From Fimbriosthenelais zetlandica (Eukaryota), in the NCBI GenBank assembly GCA_977030845.1, contig OZ365111.1:21266001-21330000 (forward strand): DNA of 64,000 nucleotides, given 5' to 3'. The notes under the pieces were generated by a model. It was not told the origin of the DNA. It did not search any database and saw only the letters and a list, made by a program, of their open reading frames with translations. Positions 1 through 14,100 of the stretch are shown here, in pieces. How positions within the stretch are numbered: the stretch's first letter is position 1; each line of letters opens with the position of its first letter. A program made the position numbers and the translations under genes.

Positions 1-3000
1 TTGGATGTAGTTTGCTCAAGTCAAAAGGCGCAGCTCCAGGGACAAGCTGAAACTTGATGGCCTGTTCCTTCATGGCCATGTGGTGAGCATGCATGGCTTT
101 AGCTATGTTTGTTTTTGGTGGAGGTGGTGGCAGAATTCCAACTGGATAGTTCTTGTAGTGGTATGGAATGGGTATCACATGGGCAGTCACCTGGCTGCTG
201 TGGCGACCAGGGATGGGAGGAGGCTTGGTTGTCACCATATGTCCTATTGGATACGGATGCAAGTTCATTCCCTCTTGGTAACCAATATATGTATTCTGCA
301 CTTTGGACTCCGAAGAAGTCCCTCGTGAATCAGTGCCTCTGACTACAGAGAAAGCTCTGGAATATTGAGAGGGAACTATAACTCTCTCTTGCTCACCTCC
401 CACCGCACCTAACTCTTCATCAGTCTTGTCATCATTGTTCATGCTCTCTAACAGATGCAAAGGTATATCCGGCGGTACTGGCCCAACAATAATTTTTGGA
501 GGAGGTGGAGCTTCTGTGCTCTCAATATCATATGCCTGATTGCTCAGACTGCCCAAAACAGGATTAGCCGGACGAACGCTCACATGGACATCCCCCAGTC
601 TAGGGTCGGTCACCTTAGAGGTCTGTTGCGAGGTTTCGGGGTTATTTGGTTCCTCACACGACCCCACCCCTCGACCCCGTTCAGTGTCTCTACACATCTC
701 GTCTCTGTCGGAGTAATAGACCCTCCCTCCTTTGTCTACTTCATCCATATCATCTTTATCAACGATGAGCAGTTGGATGGGTTTGCCCCGTTTGTTGGTG
801 GCTATTGAGTTGCACTCGTTTGTGGATTTATTTTTGTGTCTCTCAGGAACCCCTTCACCTTTGTTCCTTGGCTTCCTTCCGTTCATGACTACAGACGGTT
901 GAGGTGGAGGAATGTTGCGCTGTATCAGACAAAAAATATCACAGCAAATCTTTGAAACGACAAGAAGTACCTCTATTAGTAGGCAACATTCATCCAATTC
1001 TACAGACATACCTTTAATTTTAATTAATCAAGAGGGGAGCAAAGGTGTTAGACTCTCGGGTTATTAAATTTGTTAAAGGTTGTAGAACCTGACCTAAACA
1101 CTACTGTATATGATTGTAAAATATTATGAGGTTCATTTCTTATTATTTTTTTAATTTTTAAGGTAATCATATTATCCCATCACTGGGCCCTTGGACGAAG
1201 TTCATTGAGCTTGTTAGAACCACATACCTTGTTCAGAGGTTCCTCTTCTGTGATGGTAATGACACAATAAGCATGTAGGCAGAGGATGAGGCAGATTAAG
1301 AGCAGACAGAAACCAAGACCAAGAAGGATGGCTCCCCATGATTGGTACACCCTGTAATTAAATAAGACTCAGAGTTTATTCTCTAGAAACTGTTGTGGAA
1401 GAAATACATACTGTCAAGTTATTTAAAGGATATGTTCACATGCATAGACCTGTGTTTTGCTATTCTGATATAAACAACACAATTAATAAGCACGCCCTAG
1501 CTTTGGAAAGCTGTTTTATAATATTAATCCCCGTGTTATAGAATGACCTGCAGGTTGTGGATAAATACCTTGAATATATATGCCATGAGTGCCATGAAAA
1601 ATGCACTAGATGAGAAGAAAAAAGATATGTTCTGGGCACCCCATAGAGAGAAGAGGGGATTGCCAGCCCACGAAATGGGACCACCCCACCAACTAAAGCA
1701 TGGTGTCTGACTCCCCGTTGACAAGGGGAGGAAAGAGAGACAAGCGACTAAGAAATGTGATTACTTGTACATCAAGGCTGATGACTGCATTGGTGGGGAT
1801 GAAGAAAACAAGATTATCTGTCTATCCTGTGTGTAAGTCTTTTTTCATGATTATGGAAGAACAGAGGGAAAGTGATTGAATAAGTGATTGAAAGGAATGA
1901 ATAAAACGCCTCAAACTAATGGGTTGATGGTATATAGGCCTGCCAGTCCTGATTAGTCTATGTAATGAATTCCATGGAATTCCTTACCTTTCAAAAGGTA
2001 TCAACAGATTTAAAACAGTACTAAAACAAACTACACTGAACTAAATGTACTCCAACATAAACAGTCAAACATCCTGACCACCGCCAACATTTCTCCTTTC
2101 CCTTCAGACCTGTATATCACTTATATTACCTCGAGACTTTCGGCTCAGACAAAACAATGAACTTGTAGGGTTTTCAAACTCGAGTGAAAATTGTTCAGCA
2201 AACCTTTATTCCCAACCTTTTACATCGGGCATCACCCTTCCATACTGCACCGTCCACCAGCACTTTAGACCGCAATTCGTGCAGTGAAAGGATATATCGT
2301 ATCACCCCCAATATTCAACACAGTCTCTCGGATGATGGAACTAAATGCTTTTGGCCTGGAACTAGTAAACATCAGAAGTAACTTTGAGAGCAGTGACCGG
2401 ATGGGATCTGGCATGTTACTTTGTTTTGGGAGATAACATTGGATACCATGCCTGAGGACCAGGTGGTCCACGGGCTACAGCGGTCAAACATGCCAGGTTT
2501 GTTTTCACTGACAGACACCCATTGCTTGTCATATTGGATCAGTCTGCTAAGGTGGTAATGGCAAACCAGTGAAGACGATAGATAAAAGAATACAGACTTT
2601 TTGTTGTTTGTTGATGTTTATACCCCTATGATAGAATTATCTATCGTAGAGGGTCGACAGGGTGATAACATAAAGTCAAATCTCAAGGCCTTGTGACAGT
2701 AATGTATGTGTAAGGAGGACTAGCAGCGTCTGGAACTCAAATTTATGATTTTTATGATTTTTATTTATATTTTATTTATTTTGGCCACCTGTCAATTAGT
2801 CTCTCAGACATCCTGCTAGACTAAATGTACGGTAATCATGCTCGCTTTGGCAACTGGCTTCATTCATATCAAGTACTCAAAGCATCAGTCTGCATCTGTT
2901 TGTTCTTTTGTCGAGTATTTGATGTCATCACTGGGTAAAATCTCACTAGACACTATGGCAAATGTTTACATTTTTTGGATTCAGTTGAATTTGTTGATAT

Positions 3001-6000
3001 TACAGGAAGATATCTACTTTATAAGGTAATCTAATTTAAAGTTTGCATGTGGGAATAATGATTATTTTTCATGGTGACTCCGGGATTTACGATAATAGAA
3101 TAGCAATTTATTTAAAAATATATTCATCAAAGTGATATCCGTCACATCAAGCAGGTACATTTATAGCCCTGAAGAACCGATTAGAGCACGCGCAAGCCTG
3201 TCAAAGCCAGTAGATTATCAGCTATATTTCTTATATTTATATGTGATAGACATAACCCCTATCTTTAGAACTCTGAAAACAAACCTATAACTAATACAAG
3301 CCAAAACATAAACCCTGTCAAAATAATGCAGCGAAATCTTAACTCATGATCCCTGTTTCACTGGCTATTTTCTCAGGATGTTTCTCATTGGAGTTTTGGC
3401 GTTTCTGCACTTATGTTTCATATATGATTCTATTCCTGTCTGATTCTTTATGGAATTTGTTCCCCAAACCTGAATCTGATTTACAACATATGGCTGAAGG
3501 CAGCATTCCATATAGGAAGGCATATAACTTGGTTAACATCATAGTATGAACTCAGGGATCAGACATGGACCTATATACAGAGGCTCAACCTCCATGATTC
3601 ACGACTTACTGGTCATGAAGAAGGCATGCCTCCAGCCATAATTGCATACATATCTGCTGAACAACATGGAAGAACATGATAAAACACGTTTTTCACAAAT
3701 CACAATAGATCTTGATCAGCAAAGTAATTCTATCTAAGATCCTTCTCTTAAAGATTTATGCTCAGTATACAATGTCAAAATGGATAGGCCTACGTACTTC
3801 ACTTGTATATTTTATTGCGTATTAAAATGCAACTAGATATCTGCATCAAATGAAAGTACAAGTAGTGTGAAAGGAAATTTGCCTTCTACTGACCTAAAAT
3901 CAGGCCATTGATCCCATGCATAGGTCTGTGGGACATTTTGGATTTTGGACTTGACCTATATGTTTGGGTACCGCAAGGGGTATATGCCAGGCATGCTATA
4001 GTGCTATAGCCTACTCAATCTTTTAACATTGGGGAAATTGGGGAGAAAGGTTCACATGATAAGAACCCTTCCCTTTCCTCCCTTTTCCACAGGCCACGTG
4101 ACCGACCTATATATGTTCAGTGTCCCAGATAATTGGTCATTATCTGTGAGAAACATGAGGGGCTCAGAACTTCTCAAGGGAGAGCAATGCAATTCACGAT
4201 GCCCTACTTTAAGCTCGATTATCCGGTGACTTGTATCTACTGTAGGCTACTAGAAATGTATTAGACTCTAAAACTATGATATGTAATACAGGATATCTAA
4301 TGTTTATATGAAAATTCCCTCTTACAATTATCGTAATGTAACTAATGGATTGTCAGGCATAGGGACATCAACATCATGGGTAAACTTTCAAAATCATTTC
4401 ATGAACCTGTAACATTTTACTGGCTCTTGATCTCTCTTGGTTCAAGTGTGAAATTCTTGCATTTGATGTAATGGTGTTGGGACAAGAGATGGCTGACAAA
4501 TCTGTAGCTCTTAACAAGGTCTAAAACTGATTTATGACGATCCTAACATAGGTGAACAGCGTGTGTCCAAGGTTATGATCACTTATATGAAAAATGATGA
4601 ATTAGACAGAAGGGAAAGGTGGGGAGGCTACAAACTGCCAGGTACATCCTGCTACATGCCATTTACAATGGGCCATATGTATAACTACCAGTTCTAACCC
4701 CTCATTTCTTCATGTGTATAAAACAGTGAGACACTAGCATTTTATTTTGCAGTAGTTAATGGGGCACTTAGTCAATACACTCCTCTTTGCATTACTTGTC
4801 AAAATGTTTCAAGGAGTTCATAATTATGCATTCAATCAATAGACAAAAAAGCTCACCATCCTGTTGACTCATTTTATCACATAATTCAAAACGAATATTA
4901 CAGGTACCTAGCTCAACACCAGCACAATAATATTTCAATATTTTCATAAGCACCTCCTACCCGTTTGGAAAAAAATTACTAATAGTAATATTTCATATAT
5001 TGGGCTTTGGTCATTAGGTTATCTATAGATATATGTATATGGTTTTGATGTTAGATTCTGCGGGAATTTTCAAACATACCTGTCCCCCCTTGATCTCATC
5101 GTTATAAAAAAAAGATCATCCCTAGACTGACCTTTAAAAATTTAAAATGCCGGAAATTGTTGAATCAATGAAAGAATGAAGCAGTGACTGAGAGGGAGAT
5201 TATGGCATTCAGTGACACGTATTATCCAATGATAGGGAAACACGCACTGCTCTGCAGGGGTCTTAACAGACTGGCCTCTGGGAGAGGGGTGGAGTTATTG
5301 GCTTGAGTAATGCCAGCATCAAGTCACTTCCTCTCTGGAAGTTGTTGGCCAGACTTCAGACTGGGTGTATGTATGACAGGCGTCAGGTAAACAAACAGAC
5401 ACTTCCTCACAATCCTTCTCAAAACAAAGGGGTAATTTCTGTTTTGAGCTCTGATCATCTTTTATTCAATTTGGGAATGTACTCGGTAGGTTACAGTTAC
5501 TGAGTAAGTTACACTCTGGTCTGAGATATATAGACCTGATGAGGCTATAGCTCAGAGCTGAGAACTCTGAACTTTAGAAACTAAAGTAATGACTATATAA
5601 CTTGTAGAATGAAAGCTAAGAGCAGGTTATATGTCAAGGACACGTGAAAGTCTGCGTTAATTGCTAACATAAGCTCTGGCTTATACTTAGATCTTTTTAT
5701 GGACCCCCTGTCAAAGAAATGTGACTAAAGTTATGATAGTATTATCGCTAAATGACAGCATGTATTTGGCATCGTTGCAAATATGTTCCTCTCTAAAGTA
5801 CCACAGCAGGTTACATATTATGCAAATCATTCGAAAGAGTGAACTGTGAGAATTCATTCATTGTATTGTCCTTAAAACCAGAAAAATGTATTGCTTGCAC
5901 TTTCGAAAGTCTTACGAGAGCTCTATCCTAATTATTGGACCCAAAGGGCCATGTTAAAACCCCAATCTATCTTTATCAACTGCAATTACGGTGGATTTCC

Positions 6001-6472
6001 ACACATAATCCTCTGTTATAAATAACATTCTGAGACTTAGTCTAAGTATAGAATCTATCCCGGATTTAAACCTTACCATGGGTGTTATAACAAAATACCT
6101 CATGCTAAATAATTTTATGAAATATAATGACCTTTTCTACTTTTAGTCCAAAGCAATATTTCCTAAAGTACCGTACACAAAATACCTAAATATTGAATAT
6201 AATATTCAATCCAATTGATGAAAGTTTGAAATACATGCACGTAAATCAAAACATTAATTCGAGGGTTTAGCTTTAAAAAAGTATACTTACTCTCCTTTAT
6301 GTTTACTGGTGACTAGAAGAATAATGCCAGTAAACAGTAGTATGATTCCAATCCAGAAGAATGCACACATCACTCTCCTGGGCACAATCCAATCATGGTT
6401 ACTTTTACCATCAATAATGATAGTCATATCCTTGTCGGTGTATCGACCAAATTCATCAGGTTCTCGCGCCAT
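1..6472 (-). CDS. Two-transmembrane protein with a long Pro-rich C-terminal tail; 3'-partial (runs off the window)
   Basis: Exon 1 6472-6291 (aagATGG start; MAREPDEF...AFFWIGIILLFTGIILLVTSKHKG; donor GA|gtaagt, phase 2). Exon 2 1351-1228 (tacag|G VYQSWGAILLGLGFCLLLICLILCLHAYCVITITEEEPLNK|gtatgt). Exon 3 starts at 919 (tacag|RNIPPPQPSVV...) and I read it stop-free to base 1 (306 codons). All splice phases are compatible. A UTR acceptor lies at ~6536. Confidence 0.8.
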
Positions 6473-6599
6473 CTTGTCGCTGCTTGTTGCTTCAGCGGTT
6501 CAAGGTAATTTAAATCCTAGCTGCTGATCCCTAACTGTAAAATACTTTCCGGTTACAAAAGGACTACTATTTTGCTACATTTTGTCACTCAGTAGTGTT

Positions 6600-8100
6600 C
6601 TGACATTGGAAAGCATCCATTGTCAAGTCAAGTAGATCCCCCTGGAGACGACGTTAAGAAAGTGGTACATTCCTTTGTGGTCACCATTTTAGACCCAGTC
6701 CTCCTCCTACTTGAAGTAGGCTATAATCTCAGATTCCATGAAATATCAGAATTGTTTAGGCCTAATTGATTGCCTCAGCTGCAAACCCAAAGTAGTGAGG
6801 AAACGGCTTCAATTAGCAGCAATCCATCATTGATAGCGCCTTATCTTCCCCTTGACAGGTTTGCTGACCCCAAAGCCGTCGACCCTGGCTTTTGATCTTC
6901 AGATATTGAATCCTAGATGAAGGAGGTTAGATTCCTTGCAAGCTTGGATCCTTCAAACATCTTATATGATGATGACCTGTCTAATCTGGCTATAGGTGGG
7001 GTCTGGTGTTAAGAATCTGGGTGAAATCTGGCACTCGTTTCTCTAGCATCTTCGTGTAATCAGGCTGTCTGATCGTCGAGCTCTTTGGGTCATTTGGGGG
7101 CGGGTGATCACAGGTCATTACCACGTGTCCTGCATCAACACCTGCCTATAGACCTGCTGTCTATAGCAGTGGTGGAGGGATGTTGATTGAATTACTAGCA
7201 TTCCAGTCGTTCGTGGCAGGCATGCCACCTGTGGTTAATGGCGTCCAGAGTGCTCTGGAGAAACCCTGCACATATCTAGCACCTCTTAAAAACCCTCTAA
7301 ATTTGACTCCTCAGGCCCGTGATCCAAAGTCGGGGAGATGAATCCTGCCTTCAAGAACCCACATGTATCAACTCAACACCTGATTAATTTATGGCTAGAA
7401 ACTTGTGGATTCCATTAACTTTCGATGAGGCATCAGAGCTGTTCTCGATTACTGCTTGGTCCCAGCTGGCTATCTGGCTATAGATGAAACTCCGAGAGCA
7501 AAATTCAATAACATTTTTCCCAAGGAATGAAAAAGGTCTGAGCACCATGTAGCATATGTATTGATCACACTCTCCACTCCAGATGTTGTATACATGTACT
7601 ATGTTCCTCTCTGAGGATAGAGCCAGGTCAAAGTTAAGCCTTGTGTTTAAGTTCAAGCTTAATCCAAGACAAATCCAGGAGGGTTCCTAACTCCATGAAG
7701 CCAGAATATGTTTCCACATGCTACGGGAGATAACGAGTAATATTAGACGATAAGATTCCATAGAACACCTTTCTCTCTACTTTCATGCGATGGAATATGC
7801 CCAGAGAGCACTCGGCACACCCTGGAGCAGATGCCTATTATAGCTTGGGCTGTTACGATGCTCTGGAGTTGGGCCCAGTTGGTGGAGGAGGGCTGAGCTT
7901 GTTGAAGCAAGGGGGTGTTGGTGTTGGTGTGCTGGAGGAGGAATAGATGGAGGTAGTGGTGGTACACATTCACACACTCACCCCCACTAACCTGGAGCCT
8001 TTTACCCTCCTGGCTGGTGGAGATGGGTCTTACACAGTGGTGGTGGTGGTGGTGGTGGTGGAGAGGCCCACCCCATCATAAGTATATACTCCAGGTGAAA
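6600..8100 (-). mobile_element. Possible highly degenerate retroelement remnant (DIRS-like)
   Basis: More GC-rich than its flanks. Broken minus-strand frames give RVPDFTQIL and LLHLGFNI*RSK, faintly like DIRS reverse-transcriptase segments. There are many stops and no intact YxDD. Confidence 0.2.
8037..8061. repeat. (GGT)n microsatellite
   Basis: gtggtggtggtggtggtggtggtgg seen directly. Confidence 0.9.
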
Positions 8101-8452
8101 AATCATACAGAAATATATGGACCTTCCATAGCAAAGCTCGAAAGCAACTAAGTTGCAAGGTAGGGAAGAAGTGTACACTACACAATGTTGTGTATACTAC
8201 AACTAATCATTATTGTTGTCACCCCAAAGAACATTTTTGTGAGTTATAGCCCCCAAGTCCAGTGAGTATATATATGTCGAGGATAGGACAAAAGAGTAGA
8301 GAAGATGAGTTTTCAGACTTGTACAAACTATGGACAGTTTAGTCACTCATTCATAGATTTAGTACTGACGTACATACAGTATGTGCTCACTTCTCCAGTG
8401 CAAGAATAATGAGGAGTCCATGACCAACACCCCAAGATTCCCGCCTCTAACT

Positions 8453-8506
8453 ACCCTATAGGCTATACCCCATACTTTGACCCTATAGGCTATACCCCAT
8501 ACCTTG
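8453..8506. repeat. 27-bp tandem direct repeat, two copies
   Basis: accctataggctataccccatactttg followed by accctataggctataccccataccttg. Confidence 0.9.
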
Positions 8507-10012
8507 AGCTACTCGTAGATCTACATCTTCACCACTGGCAGTTAGAACATTGAGATCCAAAGGTGAAAGGAGAGTATGGGAAGCCGAATGAAAAATTATA
8601 TTTTAAAGCCCTCTATTGTATCTGAGGATACAAATGAAAATGTCTCAGGTCTTGCAATAATACAATGACAATGCTACACATAATATAATCTTTATTCATA
8701 ACAAATTGAGATTCATAGCATAAAAGAAAAATTAGTCGGTGATTGTGGAGTAAAATGAGATTATATTTCAACGCTTTAAGAAAGTGAAGGACGAAGGACC
8801 AACTGAGGTAAATTCATAGCATACCCCTGTTCACATAGAGGTCAAATTTAAGGCACTCCTTAAAATGTTATTAATTCAATAATAAATAATGTTTTAAAAG
8901 GGAAATTCAGGAAAATACCAAAGAGTACAATTGATTATATAATGATTTCTATTATCCCAGAATACAATCCTGGCTCCTTACCTACATAACAATTTTCATG
9001 GGACCACTGTTGTGACACTAAAGTAAACCAAAAGAAATAACTTAGAATCTAAGTACATGTAACTAACAACTTTTAAAAGGCGTGGAAGGTAATAATTAAA
9101 GACTTTCATCTATCAATACATGATAGTGAAACAGAAAATTGATATACAATTACACACAATCTCACTTCTATGCTGCAAAAATATGTCATTCAGACAATAC
9201 GAATGAGCCTTAAAATATGTTGCAGAGCACGAGGTCTGCACTCATAATCTTTCTAATCTTGTATCACACAAAATATTGTGATATTAGTATATCACGCATT
9301 AGTATATTATATATTCTTATATAACATCTTATAAATAATAAATGAATGGATGAACGGTGGGTTAACACATTCCCAGCTTAGAAATATCTTTGGGACTTGT
9401 ACATATATAGTCATATCACACCGGGGACTCCCATTCCTCGCATTGAAAATATCACAATACTAAGGGAGGACTACAACCATAATCTATTCCAAAGTACAGG
9501 CGAAAAATAATAAATTCTAATAATCAGGGAGCACACCAAAACCCGGAAATAAGAGATTTCTTGTGTGATATCCCACATATATATATATACCAGTAATGGT
9601 CAGGCTTCAGATTAGTTAGATCAACAATTTTTCGGAATATAACTTGTTATTATTTCATGGTCATCCTTATGACCATGAAATAATATCAGGTCACTGAAAG
9701 TCTGAGCTACAATAATCTTGTCCACTGAGAAGTGTCATTCTATTAACGAAGGGTAAAAGAAAGCAAGTACCGGTATCGAAAGAACATTAGGACTTCTGGG
9801 TGTGAACATGGTTTGAAAAGAAGGAAATATTTGTGACTCTCAATGGAGGTAACACTTGAATTAAGGATTCAGATAAGATTTGAGAGTACCGAGATCGAGT
9901 GGTGTCCAATGAAATTTCAACATAAATTTCCAAGCACTTTGTGAAGGCCAAATTCAACATTTATCCGATAGTTACTAGTATATACACGTATTTGCAGCAT
10001 CTTGCAAAAATA

Positions 10013-11151
10013 TTAAAACTTACAAGCAAAAATGACACCCAGTGGATCACACTGACAGCTTTTAAGACTGGGATACTTCTCAAGTACTGGATCCATTTCC
10101 CTGTGGAAGAAGCAGAAGTGTTCTTCCCTGAGCCGGAATTTCAGGGCAGCTTCTCGATTCATTTCAACAAGATCTTCTAACAGTAAGTAGTTCTGGAGTC
10201 TGTGGGGTAAACCAAGCTGTGAGACTTTGGTATGGGGTCTGGGTTTCAGGTTTTGGATGATTGAATGGCGACAAAGATGCTGCAATGGGCGTGGTGAAGA
10301 GGAATTCCACAATAGGGACTGGTAAAGTTCATGAGGCAGGGTAGAGGGTTTGTCCCTTGCTGTCTGCAACAGTTCTAGTACCGAAGGCTCATTGGTGAAA
10401 TAAGGAATATATTCAATCAGGATAGATGCTATGGATGTGAGAAGTTTGCGTTTCTGCACTGACACGTATGGATTGCAGCAGTCCTGAAGAGCTATTTGTA
10501 AGGCAGTGGTGCCATTTTCATCAGGGATAGAGGGGTTGGAACCGGCTTTCAGGAGGGACAAAGTCAAACACACCAGACCTCCAGTTGCACATTGTCGGAG
10601 GGGCGTAGAACCGGTGTCAGCATAGCGAAAGTCAACACCAGCCCCATATTCCAAAAGAGTCTGTATCATATCTGAATGAGCTTGGTGGAGTTCAAATAAC
10701 CTTTCCTCTCTTTGTTGCATGAACTGCCACCGTTGGCATGTGGTTGCTGCAACCGTTCTGGTGACCATTGTGCAGTAATAGACACACCAGAATAGAACCG
10801 GTTTGTTGTCCACCCGGATGCCTTGATCGAGAAGGTACTTAAGGATATGCTGTTTGTCAGTCCTAAGAGCAAGGTTTATGTCTACATTCGGTTTGATTTC
10901 CATAAGAAAAGACAGTGTAGAGAGGTCAGCATTGGAGACTGCCAAATTGGCAGCTTTCTCAAGGATTTCATCATTGGTAACATAAGGCATGAGGACTTGC
11001 ACAGCCGCAGTGTTGTTGTAATACACAGCATTCCGTAAGACATTCTTGTTGGGTCTCTCCAAATTGTTGACAGGGTACCCTGCTTCAACCAGCTTAGAGA
11101 TGATTTTCTTTCTTCCCATTAATTGGATGGCAAGATCCATTGCTGTATTAC
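10013..11151 (-). CDS. ASB-like terminal exon C (ankyrin repeats + SOCS box + CQC tail)
   Basis: Phase-1 acceptor tttctgtttcatccag|GT AAT ACA GCA ATG gives SASGNTAMDLA, an ankyrin-type motif. Contains GSTPLRQC, GTTALQIAL and the SOCS box PRPLQHLCRHSIIQNL...LGLPHRLQNYLLL. Confidence 0.85.
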
Positions 11152-14100
11152 CTGGATGAAACAGAAATAAATATGATAACTACCAATGAATGATGGTTTC
11201 CATCTGTTGAATTAGATTTTAATCTAAACATTACCATATAGGCTTGCATTGCTTTTTAGTACACCGAATTGGGGGTTTTCGTTGTCTGTTGCTTCACATT
11301 CAGGTGGATTATGTGACCATAATCTACTGTACTAAAGTGGATAGAACCCTCAAGTCAAGCTTCACTCGTCCGGGCTCTATCCATTATTAAAGTATTATTA
11401 GGCTAAGGAGACAAATGAAACAACAAACCTTTCCATGCACATTCTAAGTAAAAAAGGGGAAACACGGGCAAGTTTCTGGAACATAGTTTCGGCCACCTAT
11501 CTTGGAAGCTGCAGAAAACCTACCAGCCATTAGGCATACGGCTCGATCCTGACTTTGCAAATCAGATAGGGCTATATATTCTCTCAATTGGGTTGGTATG
11601 TGTAAATTGGGATGACCATGTCTCAGAAATTGAGGTTTATAATGCTGAATGATGGTCAATCTACATAAGTGCTGTAGACTGCAGACATTCTTCGACCTAT
11701 ATAGAATTAAGTCTATCAGCTGGCGAGTACACTCTCGTAAGGTTTCAGGTTGGCGATGAGGGTCATTCACAGTCTCCTGGGCACAGAGTCTCGCCACAGA
11801 TCTGGGAATGGACTTACAAAATGAGCAAAGGATGAAGGCAGAACGAAGGAATTTCCGTCGCAAGCCACTCGAGCGATAAGTGTGCGAGATTGCCGTATAA
11901 ACGAGGTTTTCCATTTTTACCACATCAAGTTTTCTGTAGATGTATATTCCGCAGCCGTACCGGAGGAAATCCAAGAGCAAACATATGAGAGTGTGGGAGG
12001 CAGCTTGCATGAAAGGAGAAAGCTTTGCAACAATCATTGTGTTAATTTCCAGCCCATTTTGCACTAGTATCCAAAGGCCTTTCCTGAAGTAATTATGTAA
12101 AATTTGTCCTCTATTGCGGCTAGTGACATGAGCAAGAGATTCCCATCTCAAGAAAGGATATGTCGATACCACAGCAGAACTGGTAAAACACTGAATGACT
12201 ATCTCCCTGAATGGGTTATTGGTGCTATAGATGCTGAAATGTCCTTTCTTTGCAAGGTACTCCAAAGTAAAGAACTTTCCACAGCGGCATTCCCGGATGG
12301 CAGCCAATATGAGGTTGTTTCTACGATCGTATTTTTCCAGTACCTGAAGGAATGCGAGATCCTCTGACAAGACACAGTAAGAAAGTAAGTCTTGTACTTG
12401 TTCAGGGCTTTGCATAAAGCAGAGAAGAGTTGCTGGGAGAGTTGGGCGCCTTTTTATGGTTTTTGGGCCTTCACTTGGACTTGTGAGGGATGAAGGAACA
12501 GCTGATTCAGTGCCAGAAGTTTCTTCTAGAGCACGTCCATCTGAAAGGAAGACAACAAAAGAGTAGTCCCAGCCTCCCAGGCCTCCATGACCAGCTTCCT
12601 ACCAGCGCCTCCATCTCATATATTGTCGATTAATTTTTAATAATTCGATAGGTATTATTCTGAAAAATCTTAATAAAAAACTACTTTGGAGAGATTTCTT
12701 TCGGAGAGAGATATTTTAAAGATATTTCCATTTTCTAAAGATTCCAATATCAAAGTCCTTTAAATTGGGATAATATGCCATTTGAAAGAAGATATAATTT
12801 TATTAGGTGTCAAATATTTTATTGCCTGATGAAAGTATTAGAGAAATTAGTTCAGTAAAAGTAATGAATTTCCACAAGACTTATCTAAATTCAAACGCCC
12901 TTAATATAAAATTTGGTTATAAAATCAGTCACTCCAGAAAGGTAACACGAGATTTTGGAAAGTTGAGAGATTATTGCTTATAATTTATATATCATATAAA
13001 CAGTTAAAATATAAATACAGTTTATTATGATATAGTATTGGAATATAATTAAGGGTATACCTTATGGGTTGAGGTTTGAAAGAGTTGGGTGTGTATGTGA
13101 AGTTGTTGCAAACTGTTAATTTATCCCAACTACTCTTCCACTAGAATGAAAATGTTTTAAATATTGAAGAATAAACTTCAGAAAATTGTGACGCTCTCTA
13201 AAAAATTGTCATTGTGAGATTGTCTCTGACTTAGTGAAGAGAATCTAAATATAATATGGTCATTACAGGTTGGGACTACATAAACAGAGACACTGACTAT
13301 GACTGGGTGTAAGATTATTTTGGTGCACTCGTCTATTAATATCATAACATAAATCTTCCAAGTCTTGAAGGAGTATGTATTCCTTCAGCCTCGTAGGTAA
13401 AGGCAATTGATGCACTTTCTTATGAGCATTCAGTTTGAGAGATCTCAGCACTGCGATCCTACACAGATGACTGAGTTTATTTGGATTGCTCGACTTGTTG
13501 ATCAACAGGCACCGCAGTTCATTTATCACAGTTTTCATTTCAGGGGACAGATTGACAGCAGTTTCTAGATGCTGGGTTTTCTTCAGGTAGAGATCTACCG
13601 CAGGATCGTTGAGACTTGGCAGGTAGTTTATCCACAGGTAGGTCACTTTAATCATGTTGATGTTGAGAAAATAGGCAAACATGCCATTCAGGGCAGCAGC
13701 AAGCGGCGTTCTATTGTCCGGGATACGCTTTGGATCCACCCCGGCACGGAGCATCCAGAAAACGACACAAACCATGGATATTTTGGTGGCAAAGAACAAA
13801 GGAGACATCTGTGTGTCATGTCCCCTTTGATAGATATCTATCCCATTATCGAGCAAAATCTGGACTTTGTGTTCCGTTTCTATGTGCATCGCATGATGCA
13901 ATTGTCCCTTGGTCCTTGCTTTGTATCCGCCCACCTTCCAGCACTGTTGTATGCATTCGTACACTAATGAAAGGCCTTCTTCTATGGCTTCTTGACTCGT
14001 TGAGTGTCGCATGACGAGGGCTAGAACCCTTGAATCGCCATGTCTTACAATGAAACCCATGCTTAGGAGGAAGCCATGTTCCTTGATTAGAAACTGGAGG

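Noticed and set aside
80-808. Plus-strand ORFs 80-328, 109-342 and 455-808
   Set aside because: Antisense to the long open minus-strand exon 919-1, with no protein-like features.
2184-2471. Overlapping short ORFs in the long intron of the two-TM gene
   Set aside because: Frames are interrupted by stops and I could not match them to any family; possibly an old repeat remnant.
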